A DNA stretch of 64,000 nucleotides from Candidatus Nanohaloarchaea archaeon (GTDB lineage Archaea > Nanohalarchaeota > Nanosalinia > Nanosalinales > Nanosalinaceae). The stretch lies in NCBI GenBank assembly GCA_042218325.1, contig JBDGRE010000013.1, forward strand, positions 13,630-77,629, given 5' to 3'. Below are positions 27,619 to 37,816 of the stretch, piece after piece. The stretch's first letter is position 1, and each line of letters starts with the position of its first letter. The notes under the pieces are model-generated. The model had not been told where the DNA came from. It saw only the letters and a program-made list of their open reading frames with translations, and did not search any database. The translations under genes were made by a program, and so were the position numbers.

Positions 27619-28227
27619 TTATTCTTCCATATAGGCGGCAGCTACCGCGGAGAGGAGGATGCCCATGAGCAGCAGCGCACCCCCGGCTATCGCCGCGGGG
27701 ACTACCGCGCTCTTCCTCGGGTACTTGTACTCGTCGTAACCCGCGGTGTGGCCCGGAACGTTGGAGACCTTCCCGTCGCCTTCCCCGACCTTCAGCTGGG
27801 CCTTCATGCCTTTCTGCTGGTGCTGGGGGACGCCGCAGTGGACCCTGAAGGTCTCGTCCTGCGCCGGAAGGATGAAAGTGCCTGTCTCGCTGCCCGGGCC
27901 GGTGACCTCGATGGTGAACATGCCGCCGGGGTAGACGTTCCAGGGAAGGCCGTGGACCATCCACTGGTGCCTCACCGAGTCGTTGTTCACGAAAGTCACG
28001 GTCAGCTTCGTGCATTTCTCGAACTTGAGCGTCCTCTCGTCGTAGGTAAACGTCTTGCCGTTGAACTGCTGCGCGTACTCCCGCCCTTCGTGGACCGTTA
28101 TGTTCTTCCAGCCGCTGATTGAGTCGCAGTTCGTCGGGAGCTCGTCCGGGTTCCCGTTCATCACCATCGACACACCGGGCGCTGACAGCACCGTCACCAG
28201 CAGAGCCGCGAGCAGGGATTTACGCAT
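27619..28227 (-). CDS. Exported cupredoxin (blue copper) protein, currently in frame with the upstream oxidase fragment
   Basis: Signal peptide MRKSLLAALL; HQW...HCGVPQHQQKGM; own GGTGA RBS. Confidence 0.75.
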   Translation of the reverse strand: MRKSLLAALLVTVLSAPGVSMVMNGNPDELPTNCDSISGWKNITVHEGREYAQQFNGKTFTYDERTLKFEKCTKLTVTFVNNDSVRHQWMVHGLPWNVYPGGMFTIEVTGPGSETGTFILPAQDETFRVHCGVPQHQQKGMKAQLKVGEGDGKVSNVPGHTAGYDEYKYPRKSAVVPAAIAGGALLLMGILLSAVAAAYMEE

Positions 28228-29876
28228 CCCTGTCACCCATCTCTTTCTCGCTGTGTAACCGGCACCGAGACCTATAATCAGTCCGGCAACCGCTATAGCG
28301 GCTATCACCGGCCCGGACGGGGGCAGCATAGCGATATCCCCGAACAGGCCGGTCGGGTCGTAACTGTTCCAGACCGGTACTTCGCGCTCGTAGTAGGCCT
28401 CCGTGAAGTATGGCTTCCAGGACACGCCCTTCATCTCCGGCTCGCCGTTTGGCTTCAGGTAGGACCTGTAGGTGATGGTCGACAGGTCTCCCCCCGGCGC
28501 TATACCGTCGGTAGTGACCGCGTTCTCCCTGTGGTTGTGCATCAGCCAGACGCCGGGGCCGTATGAGTCGAGGCCGTTGTCGGTCGTGTTGATGACGAGG
28601 TCGAGCCGCTGGAAAGCACCGAGCTTGAACACGTCGCGCTGTATCTGCCGGGACCTGACGCCGTCCCTGTGGGTCGCGGTCGGCTTGTGGCCGTGCATGT
28701 GCAGGTCGATATCCTGCTTGCCTGTGTTGATAACCCGGAGCTTGACCTGCTGGTTCTTCTCCACCATTATCTGGGACTCCCTCTCGGTGTACGGGAACGA
28801 TTTGCCGTTGAGGAGGAAGTAGTCCGCGGTCCGCTCCGTCACGTCTTATCCCCGGTTTATCATCTTCGAGACCACTCGCGGGTCGTTGGACATCTCGACT
28901 ATCTCGTGCAGCTTCCGGTCCACGTCCTGGTAGATGTAGTCGTACTCTTGGTCGTATTCTTTCTCCACGGGTTTCGACGGGTTCCTCACCTTGCCGCCGC
29001 CGATGTTGAAAGTCTGCAAGGTGTTGTTCTCCGCCTCCGGCGATATGACGAACATGCCGTTCAGGCCCATGAGGACGTGGCTCTGCGGCTGGACGTGGCA
29101 GTGGTACGCCATCGTGCCGGGCTGTCTTGTTTCTATCTCGTAGGTCCCGGACTCGCCCGGCATCACGGGTTCCTCCGAGGTCTGCGGCACCCCGTCGTTG
29201 CCTTCACCGCCTGACGTGAAGCCGTGGTCGACGCCGTGGAAATGTATGGTGTGCGGCATGTAGTGCGTGTTCTCCAGCTCCACGCTCACGTGGTCGCCCT
29301 GCTCGACACGCAGGGTCGGTGACGGCACCCGTATCAGCTCGGATGGGGTGCTGCCCTCGGAGGCCATACCCCGCGTCTTGGGGCAGAAGACCCAGAAGCC
29401 GGGAGCTATACCCGGCGCTATCTCCTGCCTGACAGTATTTGTTCGGCTGCCCGAAGGCTTCTTGCCGTTTATCTCCGAGACCTCCAGCGTGATGTTGATG
29501 ACGTCAGGATCTCCGTCGCCGTCGAGGTCGCGGCCTTTCTCCACCGCGTCCTCCGCGAGACCTGTCTCCATCAGCGCGCTCATGGGCACGTTGTTTGTGC
29601 CTCTTGTCGCCGCCGCTACGACTTTCGGGTTGTCGGGCCTGCAGTTCCTGTCCTGCTGTATCTCCACGCCGAGCACTTCCTGCGCGGGCCTCCAGTCACT
29701 CCAGGTCGAATTCTTCGGGCAGAACTCCTCCGCGCGGATAAGTCGATCTTTTCCTCTGTAGGCGGCGCTTCTGTATAAACGGGTGGCGGCCTCTGGTTCG
29801 CTCCGCTGGAGTGGGCTGCCGTACTCCCGGCCAGGAGGATCACAAGGATCAAGGCCTGTATCTCTGGAGACTCCAT
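28228..29876 (-). pseudogene. Two-domain multicopper oxidase, disrupted
   Basis: HTIHFHG, YHCHV, HMHGH, HNH; frameshift near 29735 and in-frame TAA at 28846-28848. Confidence 0.8.
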
Positions 29877-29903
29877 GTACTACCAGAGGCAGTTCTCTTT
29901 TGG

Positions 29904-30362
29904 TTAGTTAAATTTTTCCCGGAGATCTTCTGTCCGCGATATCGGCACGGTTCCTCTTTCCTCTACTATCTCCAGCATCCGGCTCCTGTTCTCCTTCCGT
30001 AGCTCCATCTCTCGGAGTTCACTTATGGAGAAAAAGCCGTAGTCCAGTATCTCGCCGTCGAAATGGTTATCCGGCTCGCCTTCACTTTCCAGCTCCACTT
30101 CGACAAGGAAGACGATGACAGGGTATTCGGTCGTGTCGGACTCCTCGATGAACGTCCCGTAGAGGCCGTTCGCCTTGACGCTTTAGCCTGTTTCCTCTTT
30201 TACCTCACGCTCGACGCATTCTTTCACTGATTCGTCTTGCTCCAGTCCGCCGCCGGGAAAATCCCAGAGACCGTATACGTGGTCCTTGCCCTCCTGTACC
30301 ATCAGTAACTCTCCTGAGTCGTACCTGCAGACAGCGAGGGTCGCGGAGATGAAACCAGCCAT
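29904..30362 (-). pseudogene. NUDIX hydrolase with in-frame TAA (30183-30185)
   Basis: WDFPGGGLE...REVKEETG*SVK. Confidence 0.8.
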
Positions 30363-30395
30363 GGTAAAAATAAAGAGAAAAGAGATAGGAAGGGT

Positions 30396-30968
30396 TTACT
30401 CGAGAGCCCCGATCTCCCTGAGGTTCTCTTTCAGCTTGGAGATACCTTCCTGTACGTCGTCGTATGTCCTTCCACCGGTGCAGACGATGCGCCCTGAGGA
30501 GAACAGCAGGAACACAACGTTCGGCTCGTCAAGCCTGTAGACGAGTCCTGGGAACTGTTCCGGCTCGTACTCTGTACCGACGAGCTCGAACGCGATACGG
30601 TTGAGGTTGAGCGTCTGGCCAAGTTCCGAGGACGCGACCATGTTCTGGACCGTGATGTCCGGCTTGGTCTCGATGTCGACGTCCGCTTCACGCAGCTCGT
30701 CGATGATCTTGTGGACCGCGTCCTTTGCCATCTCCGGGCTCTGGGTTCCGGTACATACTACCTTGCCGGATCCGAAGATGAGGGCTGCGGCCTTCGGGTC
30801 CTCGAGCCTGTAGACGAGTCCCGGGAACTGTTCCGGCTCGTACTCCGTGTTCTCGAGGTAGATAGCGATGCGGTCGAGCGGCATCCGCCTGTCCAGCGTT
30901 GTGGAGGCGACGACGTTCTCAATTTTGATGTCTTCATCCTTTTTGATGTCGTGTTCTTGTTCGGCCAT
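30396..30968 (-). CDS. tbp: TATA-binding protein
   Basis: Duplicated YEPEQFPGLVYRL repeats. Confidence 0.98.
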   Translation of the reverse strand: MAEQEHDIKKDEDIKIENVVASTTLDRRMPLDRIAIYLENTEYEPEQFPGLVYRLEDPKAAALIFGSGKVVCTGTQSPEMAKDAVHKIIDELREADVDIETKPDITVQNMVASSELGQTLNLNRIAFELVGTEYEPEQFPGLVYRLDEPNVVFLLFSSGRIVCTGGRTYDDVQEGISKLKENLREIGALE

Positions 30969-31102
30969 GAGTATCACGTTGAAAGCACAAGAGTTTGCTT
31001 ATAAACTCTTTAAATAGGGTTTAAAAGGGAAATCTTATAAAGGTATTTATAAACCGGCTCCGGGAGGGTCACTTCAAAAACGTCCGCGGCTTAAAACTCT
31101 GC

Positions 31103-31324
31103 ATGGAGACGTTCCAGCGGCAGATGTTGCTCCTCGTGGGTTTCATGACTTTGCTGGCGACGGTGTTCCTGTTCCTGTTCGTCTACGCGCCGGATCCACT
31201 GAGTCCTCCCTCTATGGCCAGTTTCCTGCCTGACCCCGTGAACGATGCTGTCAACGCGACGGTCCAGGGCTGGGAGGCGCTCTTCGAGGACCTGGGTAGT
31301 GCGAAAGACATAGGGACAAGCTAG
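31103..31324 (+). CDS. Small membrane protein
   Basis: Single TM helix. Confidence 0.55.
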   Translation: METFQRQMLLLVGFMTLLATVFLFLFVYAPDPLSPPSMASFLPDPVNDAVNATVQGWEALFEDLGSAKDIGTS

Positions 31325-31659
31325 TTCTCAAGGGACTCGAGAGTCCCGGATACGCCCGTGACCTGTATGAAGCCTTTCTCGCCGCCTATCTCGTCTATGA
31401 GCGCGAGCGCGGCCCTCAGGTCGTCCTCTGCCTGGCGGTTGACTCTGATGACTCCTTCCTGTTTTTCCTCCTCGAAACGGTTGCCTATTATCCAGAAATC
31501 AGCGTTACTGGAGCCTTTCGAGCCAAGGAAACCGAGCGCAGCGTCCCAGACCGCGTCTACCACCTCGCCGAGATCCCTCGGCTCTTCACAGTGGACCCGG
31601 AACCCGAGGTAGCGCTGTTTCTCCTGTATCGCTGGCGGCAGCCGCTTAATCGCTATCAC
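31321..31659 (-). CDS. rnp2: RNase P protein Pop5
   Basis: LPPAIQEKQRYL...GVSGT. Confidence 0.9.
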   Translation of the reverse strand: MIAIKRLPPAIQEKQRYLGFRVHCEEPRDLGEVVDAVWDAALGFLGSKGSSNADFWIIGNRFEEEKQEGVIRVNRQAEDDLRAALALIDEIGGEKGFIQVTGVSGTLESLEN

Positions 31660-32269
31660 CTCCTATCTCGACGCCGGGCCTGACCACGGAGCCGTCGTTC
31701 GCCTTTTTCGCCCTCTCGATTATGCCTGCGGGGAAATCGGAGACCGCCTTCTTCCCGCTATAGCCGAGCGAGTCGATGATCGCCTTGAGCTCTCTCGGCG
31801 CCCGCATCTCAAGTTTTTCCCGGGCCGAGGAGGTTACCAGGTAAGGGGTGTCGTATTTCTCGCACAGTCTCAGGTTGCGGTGCCAGTGCTTCAGGACATG
31901 GCTCTGCCTTTTCCCGTCCCCGGGCAGCTGCTGCAGGTCGAGGCCTATCGCCACCCGGTTCTCCGCGGCCTTCTCCGCGACTACGTGGTCGATACCGGAG
32001 TCCTTCCGGCTCTTTTCCGGGTGCATTATGACGTCGACGCGGGGATCGCCTGCGGCCTTCCTGTTCAGCTCCTCGTCGCCGCCCTCGAAAACCAGGACGT
32101 CGCAATGCTCCCGTTTCTCTCCTATCTTCTGCTTGAGCTCGCCCCAGTCTTCCGCCTCTATGAATACGGTCTCGTACCGGCAGTTGGTGGAGTCCCAGCC
32201 GAGTTCCTCCGCGAACTCCTCGATATTGCTGGAGGTATCTCTCAGGCAGATATCGTGGAAACCCGTCAT
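31646..32269 (-). CDS. rnp3: RNase P protein Rpp30
   Basis: NRKA...VDVI...GIDHV...MRAPREL. Confidence 0.9.
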   Translation of the reverse strand: MTGFHDICLRDTSSNIEEFAEELGWDSTNCRYETVFIEAEDWGELKQKIGEKREHCDVLVFEGGDEELNRKAAGDPRVDVIMHPEKSRKDSGIDHVVAEKAAENRVAIGLDLQQLPGDGKRQSHVLKHWHRNLRLCEKYDTPYLVTSSAREKLEMRAPRELKAIIDSLGYSGKKAVSDFPAGIIERAKKANDGSVVRPGVEIGGDSD

Positions 32270-32303
32270 GCTGAAAAATATCTATCCGCAAAGTTATCAA
32301 TTG

Positions 32304-32453
32304 ATGGCCGAACACCGGATGTCCGAGGCTCTGGTCGACGAGCTTGTCATGGAGGAAGAAGATGAACTGCTACTTTACGACAGGGAAGGCAAAACCGGTG
32401 CGTGGATAGCTTCGGACCTCGAGACCGCATACGATACACGCGATTTCCGGTAG
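32304..32453 (+). CDS. Small halophile-type hypothetical protein (49 aa)
   Basis: ELLLYDRE...AWIASD motif. Confidence 0.55.
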   Translation: MAEHRMSEALVDELVMEEEDELLLYDREGKTGAWIASDLETAYDTRDFR

Positions 32454-33029
32454 TTACTTGCCCTTGCAGTCGTTCGCGCCCTGCGATGGCCGCAGCTTCT
32501 CCGCACCCTTGCCCTTGTTGTCCAGGCCTCGAGACTTTTTTGCGGCTGGTGTGAGGCCTCGCTCGACGCGGTCGCGCTGGTCGCAAATGAAGTTCAGGTC
32601 GTCGTCGCTCTTTATCTGCGGGTGCTCTGGGTCGACCATTATGATTTCGAACCAAGTGTAGGTCCCGTCTTCGGCCACCCAGTAGCTGTTCAGTACCTCG
32701 AGGTTGTCGTACCTGGCGGATGCCCGACTTTCCGCGATAACGCGGTTCGACTTCTTCGGCGAGAAACGGTTCTGGCCCGCACGCTTCGGTCTTCGTCCCG
32801 CGGTGAGGCGTTCGCGCTTCGAGTTACCTTTTCTTATCCTCGTACGCACGACTATGAATCCTTCCTTCGACTTGTATCCCTGTGATCGGGCCTTTGGTAT
32901 CCTTGTCGGGTTGTCTATCTTTACTATCGCGTCTTGGTCTCTCCACTCGACAAGGCGTTCCTGCCACAGCTCGTCCAGGTTCTCCTTCGGCTGCTCGTAC
33001 TGCTCGCGTGCGTACTTGTAAAGTGTCAT
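32454..33029 (-). CDS. rpl15e: 50S ribosomal protein L15e
   Basis: PTRIPKARSQGYKSK...LEVLNSYWV...RGLT. Confidence 0.97.
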   Translation of the reverse strand: MTLYKYAREQYEQPKENLDELWQERLVEWRDQDAIVKIDNPTRIPKARSQGYKSKEGFIVVRTRIRKGNSKRERLTAGRRPKRAGQNRFSPKKSNRVIAESRASARYDNLEVLNSYWVAEDGTYTWFEIIMVDPEHPQIKSDDDLNFICDQRDRVERGLTPAAKKSRGLDNKGKGAEKLRPSQGANDCKGK

Positions 33030-33172
33030 GGTATCTATACCTACAAAACTCGGGAAAATATTATAAACATCTTCCTTGGCTCCCCATTTGCAAGCTTCTG
33101 TTGAGCGGTGTTTCGGCCTCAGCCCAGCGAAACGTATAAAACAGCTATCTGTTATCATCACTGTGTGATACC

Positions 33173-33523
33173 ATGCATCCAGCACTTAAGATACTGATAG
33201 GAGCGCTGATGGTGGTCGTTGGAGTCTACTCCTCGGTCACGTTCTGGAACGAGCTTCTGCTGGTCGTTAAGGCCGGAATCGGACCTCTCCTCGTACTCGT
33301 GGGAGCGTTCATCGTCTGGCTGGAAAGCGACGAGTGGAAGATGCGCCGTGAACAGGAAGAGAGCGGAGTCCAGAGAAGTCTTGAGACCGAGGCAGGTATG
33401 GAAGAAGTCCAGGAAGAAGTGACACAGGAAGAGGAAGAAGAGGGCTTCACCTGCGAAGAGTGCGGCAAGACTTTCGACACCCAGAGAGGGCTCAGCATCC
33501 ACCAGGCACAGAAGCACGAGTGA
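33173..33523 (+). CDS. Membrane protein with C-terminal C2H2 zinc finger
   Basis: Two TM segments; CEECGKTF...LSIHQAQKH. Confidence 0.8.
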   Translation: MHPALKILIGALMVVVGVYSSVTFWNELLLVVKAGIGPLLVLVGAFIVWLESDEWKMRREQEESGVQRSLETEAGMEEVQEEVTQEEEEEGFTCEECGKTFDTQRGLSIHQAQKHE

Positions 33524-33567
33524 TCCGTGCGCCACATTTCACCTTATCTTTCTTTTTGTTTTCCTGT

Positions 33568-35247
33568 CTAGGTCTGTTCCTGCTGCTGGTATAGACGCTC
33601 GACCTTCTCCAGTGAGTCGGCCTCGTCCTTCTCGTCGCGGAAGCTTTTCAGCCTCGGGAACCGGAGCGCGTAGCCCGAGGAGTAGGTAGGACTTTCCTGT
33701 ATCTCCTCGTACTCCACCTCGACGATGACCTTCGGCCGCACCTTCACGTCCCGGCCGTCTTCTTCGACTATCAGAGGTTTCAGCCTCTCGGTTATCTCCT
33801 GCAGCTGCTCGTCGGTCAGTCCTGTAGCCATCTTGCCCGTCTGCAGGTGTTCCTGTTTCTGCTCATCGTAGCAGCCGAGCTCGAGGCGCGACAGCCAGTC
33901 GCTCCGCCTGCCTTCTCCCCATTTCGCCCCGATTATCGCCAGGTCGAGCGTCTCCATGACAGGTTTCAGTTTCACCATGTAGCCGACGCGTGAACCCGGC
34001 CTGTACTCCGCGTCTGGGTTCTTCATCATGATTCCCTCGTGGCCGTCCTCAAGAGATTTTTGCTGCAGCGCGCTGACCTCTTCCTCCTCAGCGGTTACTA
34101 TCCTGTCCGCCAACCTCAGCTCGTGCTCCTGTTCCTCGACTATCTCCTGCAGCTGCTCGAAACGCTCATAGTAGTGTTCCTGTATCATCGAGCCCTCGAG
34201 ATACAGCAGGTCGAAAGGCCTGACTTCGACGGGTATCTTCTCCCGCATCTCCGCGATGTCGTACTTCCTCTTGACCCTCCGGGAAAGCTGTTGGAAAGGT
34301 ATGGTAGATCCATCCTCCGGGTCGTAGGCAGTGACCTCCGCGTCTATGATGAAGTTGTCCGCATCCACGTGCTCCTCGACGAACTCTGCCACGTCCGGGA
34401 ACTGCTCGGTAACGTCTTCGAGCCGGCGGGTGAAGACCTTCACCTCGCCGTCCCTGCAGTGTACTTGGGCCCGGAAGCCGTCGTACTTGTAATCGACCGC
34501 GGCCGGCCTCCCGACCTCCTCGAAACCGTCTTCTATCGATTCGACCTTCTTCGCCAGCATCGACTTGATGGGCCGGAAAAGCTCGATTTTCAGATCCTCC
34601 AGCTCTTCCACTCCGTCCCGGCAGGCGGCGGCGACCTCCCGGAAGTCGTTGGTCAGGTCGTAAGCCCTCTGTATCTCGTCCGCATGCTCGCCGTCGAAGA
34701 AAGCCTCTGCGAGTGCATCGCGCACGATACCCTCGCCGACGCCGAGCCTCAGGTTCTCGATGAACGTCCTCACGACGTACTTCGCCTCGCCGGGCGTGGA
34801 GTCGTTGAGCAGGGCCGCGACCTCTTTCTTCTTCTTGTCCATGGAGACCGAGCCGAGTGATTCCTCATCCATCTTCGCGACCTTCTCCAGCTTGTCGTTC
34901 ACCCTCTCTACGGTCAGTTCCTGCTGCATCAGGCTCTGCTGGCCTCCACCGCCTTCGAGTATATTTTCGGCGGCGGAGCCGAGGTCTCCCTCTTCTTTCC
35001 ACGCCTCCTCTATCTCCGCCTCGCTCCTGCCAGAGGCCTCTTTGATGATGTCGACCATCGTCTTGCTGGAGATCCCGAGGTCAAGGTCCTGCCAGCTGGG
35101 AAAAGCGCGGCCCATAGACAGGAGGACCACGTCTTCAAGCTCGTCTCCTGCAGCAGAGAAAAGCTCCGCGAGGATATCCGTTTTCTCGAGGGTCGCCTGG
35201 GTCGATTCCAGCTTCCTGTAGGTTTCTACGAGTTCAGAGTAGTTCAC
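33568..35247 (-). CDS. lig: ATP-dependent DNA ligase
   Basis: KYDGFR, EGIMMK, LRFPR. Confidence 0.97.
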   Translation of the reverse strand: MNYSELVETYRKLESTQATLEKTDILAELFSAAGDELEDVVLLSMGRAFPSWQDLDLGISSKTMVDIIKEASGRSEAEIEEAWKEEGDLGSAAENILEGGGGQQSLMQQELTVERVNDKLEKVAKMDEESLGSVSMDKKKKEVAALLNDSTPGEAKYVVRTFIENLRLGVGEGIVRDALAEAFFDGEHADEIQRAYDLTNDFREVAAACRDGVEELEDLKIELFRPIKSMLAKKVESIEDGFEEVGRPAAVDYKYDGFRAQVHCRDGEVKVFTRRLEDVTEQFPDVAEFVEEHVDADNFIIDAEVTAYDPEDGSTIPFQQLSRRVKRKYDIAEMREKIPVEVRPFDLLYLEGSMIQEHYYERFEQLQEIVEEQEHELRLADRIVTAEEEEVSALQQKSLEDGHEGIMMKNPDAEYRPGSRVGYMVKLKPVMETLDLAIIGAKWGEGRRSDWLSRLELGCYDEQKQEHLQTGKMATGLTDEQLQEITERLKPLIVEEDGRDVKVRPKVIVEVEYEEIQESPTYSSGYALRFPRLKSFRDEKDEADSLEKVERLYQQQEQT

Positions 35248-35301
35248 GTCGCTGGTTTTCTGGCTGAAAGGTTTAAACCATAGCCCGACAAAATCCTCCT
35301 T

Positions 35302-35943
35302 ATGTCTGCATTTGAACAGATAAGAGAGCTCCCTTCTTTCCGGAAGGCCCGGGATGAGGTCATCTCGAGGAAGGTCGTCGGCAAGGTAGTGGAGGCCGGT
35401 CGCAACGCGCCTTCCCCCGGCAACGTGCAGAGCGCAGAGTTCATAGTGGTGGAGGATTCCGGCCAGAAAGAGGCGCTTTACCGCGCGACACAGGACGAAC
35501 GGGTGCGGGAGGCTCCGACCGCTGTACTCGTGGTCGCGGGCTTCGACAGGATGCAGCGCCGGGTGGGCGAGGACGCAGAGAAGGCCGCCTACTCCGAGGC
35601 GGCGACAGCGGTGCAGAACATGCGTATCGTCGCCGCTGAGCAGGATGTCGCGTCGGCCTGGCTCGGCGGTTTCGACGAGCGGGCTGTCAGCGAGAAGTTC
35701 GGTGTGCCTGAAGGAAGGAGAATCGTGGCGGCCGTGCTGCTCGCGTACACCGACAACCCTGTATACACGGAGCAGAGGTTCGACATCGACGAGGTCGTGT
35801 TCTACGACAAGTATGATAACCAGATCAACAGTTTCTGGGACGAGCCGGGCTGGCGGGGCCTGAGGACGGAGTCACGCATCCATGGCAAGAAGGCGGAGGG
35901 TTTCTTCCAGAAGGTCAGGAGGAAACTTGACCATCTTTTATAA
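35302..35943 (+). CDS. Nitroreductase family protein
   Basis: APSPGNVQ, AVQNM, WLGGFD. Confidence 0.85.
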   Translation: MSAFEQIRELPSFRKARDEVISRKVVGKVVEAGRNAPSPGNVQSAEFIVVEDSGQKEALYRATQDERVREAPTAVLVVAGFDRMQRRVGEDAEKAAYSEAATAVQNMRIVAAEQDVASAWLGGFDERAVSEKFGVPEGRRIVAAVLLAYTDNPVYTEQRFDIDEVVFYDKYDNQINSFWDEPGWRGLRTESRIHGKKAEGFFQKVRRKLDHLL

Positions 35944-36062
35944 GTTTGCAGGAATAATAATTGTTCACCGGGCGATGGTAAAAGCCTCTGGGCTGGTGTG
36001 GAAAACCGCCTGAAAAGGTTTATAACTGCCCGATATGATAGTTTTAACATGAAGGTGTGAAA

Positions 36063-36914
36063 ATGGTAGCGAGCCAAGAAACTCTGGACAAGCTCGAAGA
36101 CATCGGACTAAACATGTATGAGAGGAAGATTTACTCCGCCCTCCTGGGTAGAGGTACTTCCACTGCGGGCGAACTGTCCGAGATGACGAACGTTCCGCGT
36201 TCGAGGGCCTATGATGTCCTCGAGTCGCTGGCCGAGAAAGGTTTTGCTGTTATCAAGTCCTCCCAGCCGATGGAGTACGTTTCTATCCCCCCACAGCAGG
36301 CTATAGAGAATATCAAGAAGCAGCACCAGAAGGAGCTGGAGGAGAAGCTGGACAAGCTTGACAGCTTCAAGGATTCCGAAGCCGTGAACGAGCTGGAGGA
36401 GCTGTACGACCAGGGTGTAGAGCTTGTAGACCCCGCGGACATGTCTGGCTCGCTGCAGGGTCGCCACCAGATACACCAGCACATGGGAACCATGTTCCAG
36501 GAAGCCGAAGAGGCTATCAAGATAGTGACCTCAGAGGAAGGTCTCAACGAGATAGCAGATAACCACGCCGACCTGCTAAGGGAGGCGAGAGAGGAAGGTG
36601 TCAATGTAAAGGTCCTCGCACCTGTAACAGATAACAACCGTAACTCCTACGAGGCGCTGAAGGATTCAGCGGAGATAAGACACCTCGAAGACCGTGAAGA
36701 GTTCGAGATGCCTAACTCCCGTTTCGCCATCGTCGACAACGACGCGGTTACTGTGGCGATGACCGAGGAGGACGTCCATTCCACACAGGACACTGCTTTC
36801 TGGACCAAGAGCGACCACATGGCCGAGAACACGATGGAGCCTGTTTTCGACATGCTCTGGCATCATTCTGGAAAGCCGGAGGGCCCGAAGGGCGGTCCTG
36901 ATCCTGAAGAATAG
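36063..36914 (+). CDS. TrmB-family transcriptional regulator
   Basis: GLNMYE...VPRSRAYDVLESLAEKG. Confidence 0.92.
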   Translation: MVASQETLDKLEDIGLNMYERKIYSALLGRGTSTAGELSEMTNVPRSRAYDVLESLAEKGFAVIKSSQPMEYVSIPPQQAIENIKKQHQKELEEKLDKLDSFKDSEAVNELEELYDQGVELVDPADMSGSLQGRHQIHQHMGTMFQEAEEAIKIVTSEEGLNEIADNHADLLREAREEGVNVKVLAPVTDNNRNSYEALKDSAEIRHLEDREEFEMPNSRFAIVDNDAVTVAMTEEDVHSTQDTAFWTKSDHMAENTMEPVFDMLWHHSGKPEGPKGGPDPEE

Positions 36915-36921
36915 TTCTTTT

Positions 36922-37764
36922 TTACCGGAAGGAAGATCTCAGGGGAGACTGTAGATCGAACCCGATTCCCAGGTCCGTGGCCAGTAACGACAGCAAGCTG
37001 AAGTCGGGATGGCCCTGTACTTCCTGGACTTTCAGCTCTTTATCCGTCATGTTCTCCGCTACCTCGACCGCTTCCTTTCTTCCGCCGAGGCTGTCCACGA
37101 GGCCGAGCTCTTTGGCCTCCGTCCCCAGGAACGCCTCGCCGGTTTCGACTTCCTGGACCTGCTCCGCAGTCAGGTTCCTGTTCTCGCTGACGAGACGGAT
37201 GAACTGGGTGTGAACCTGCTCTATCTTCTGCTTGAGCAGCTTCCTCTCCTCCTCAGTGATGTTCCGGTAACGCGAGCCGACGTCCTTGCGGCTGCCGGCA
37301 GTGATGTTGACGTACTCCACGCCGAACCTCTCCAGCAGCCCGGAGAACTCGAGGTAGGATGCTTTCACGCCTATGCTGCCGGTCAGGGAGGCAGAGTCCG
37401 CCACTATCCTGTCACAGCCGAGAGAGGCGAGGTAGGCGCCGGAGGCCCCGATGTCGCGGATGCGGCAGACGGTCGGTTTCTCCACGCTGTCGATGGCTCT
37501 CATTACCTCCTTGGACGCGACCACCGCTCCGCCGCCGGAGTTGATCTCGTATATCACGGCGTCAGGGTTCCTGTTCAACGCCCTGTCGGTGAGGTCACGC
37601 ACCTGCTCCGGTGTTATGCCGCTGCTCGACAGGCCCTGTGAAGAGGGCTGTATCGTGCCCGAGAGTTTTACAACCGCGGCGGTCCCCTCCGATTCGAAAA
37701 GGCTGAAACCGGTCGCGGAGGCCGTCAGCAGCAAGACGGACAGCAACAGTATCTCTGTTTTCAC
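36922..37764 (-). CDS. sppA: Signal peptide peptidase SppA (S49)
   Basis: INSGGG, ASGAY, GSIGV, GLVDSLG. Confidence 0.92.
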   Translation of the reverse strand: MKTEILLLSVLLLTASATGFSLFESEGTAAVVKLSGTIQPSSQGLSSSGITPEQVRDLTDRALNRNPDAVIYEINSGGGAVVASKEVMRAIDSVEKPTVCRIRDIGASGAYLASLGCDRIVADSASLTGSIGVKASYLEFSGLLERFGVEYVNITAGSRKDVGSRYRNITEEERKLLKQKIEQVHTQFIRLVSENRNLTAEQVQEVETGEAFLGTEAKELGLVDSLGGRKEAVEVAENMTDKELKVQEVQGHPDFSLLSLLATDLGIGFDLQSPLRSSFR

Positions 37765-37816
37765 ATGTTTTTCCGCGCGTCTGTTACTTTTAACTTTTCA
37801 CACAGAGTTCCTGCGT

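Noticed and set aside
28846-30185. Stop-codon reassignment suggested by in-frame TAA in two neighbouring genes
   Set aside because: TAA, TAG and TGA all terminate conserved core genes normally, and the oxidase gene also carries a frameshift
37451-37816. N-terminal extensions of Elp3 (also L15e, TFB from 47717, PCD from 27133)
   Set aside because: They overlap neighbouring genes or promoters; downstream starts fit the family lengths
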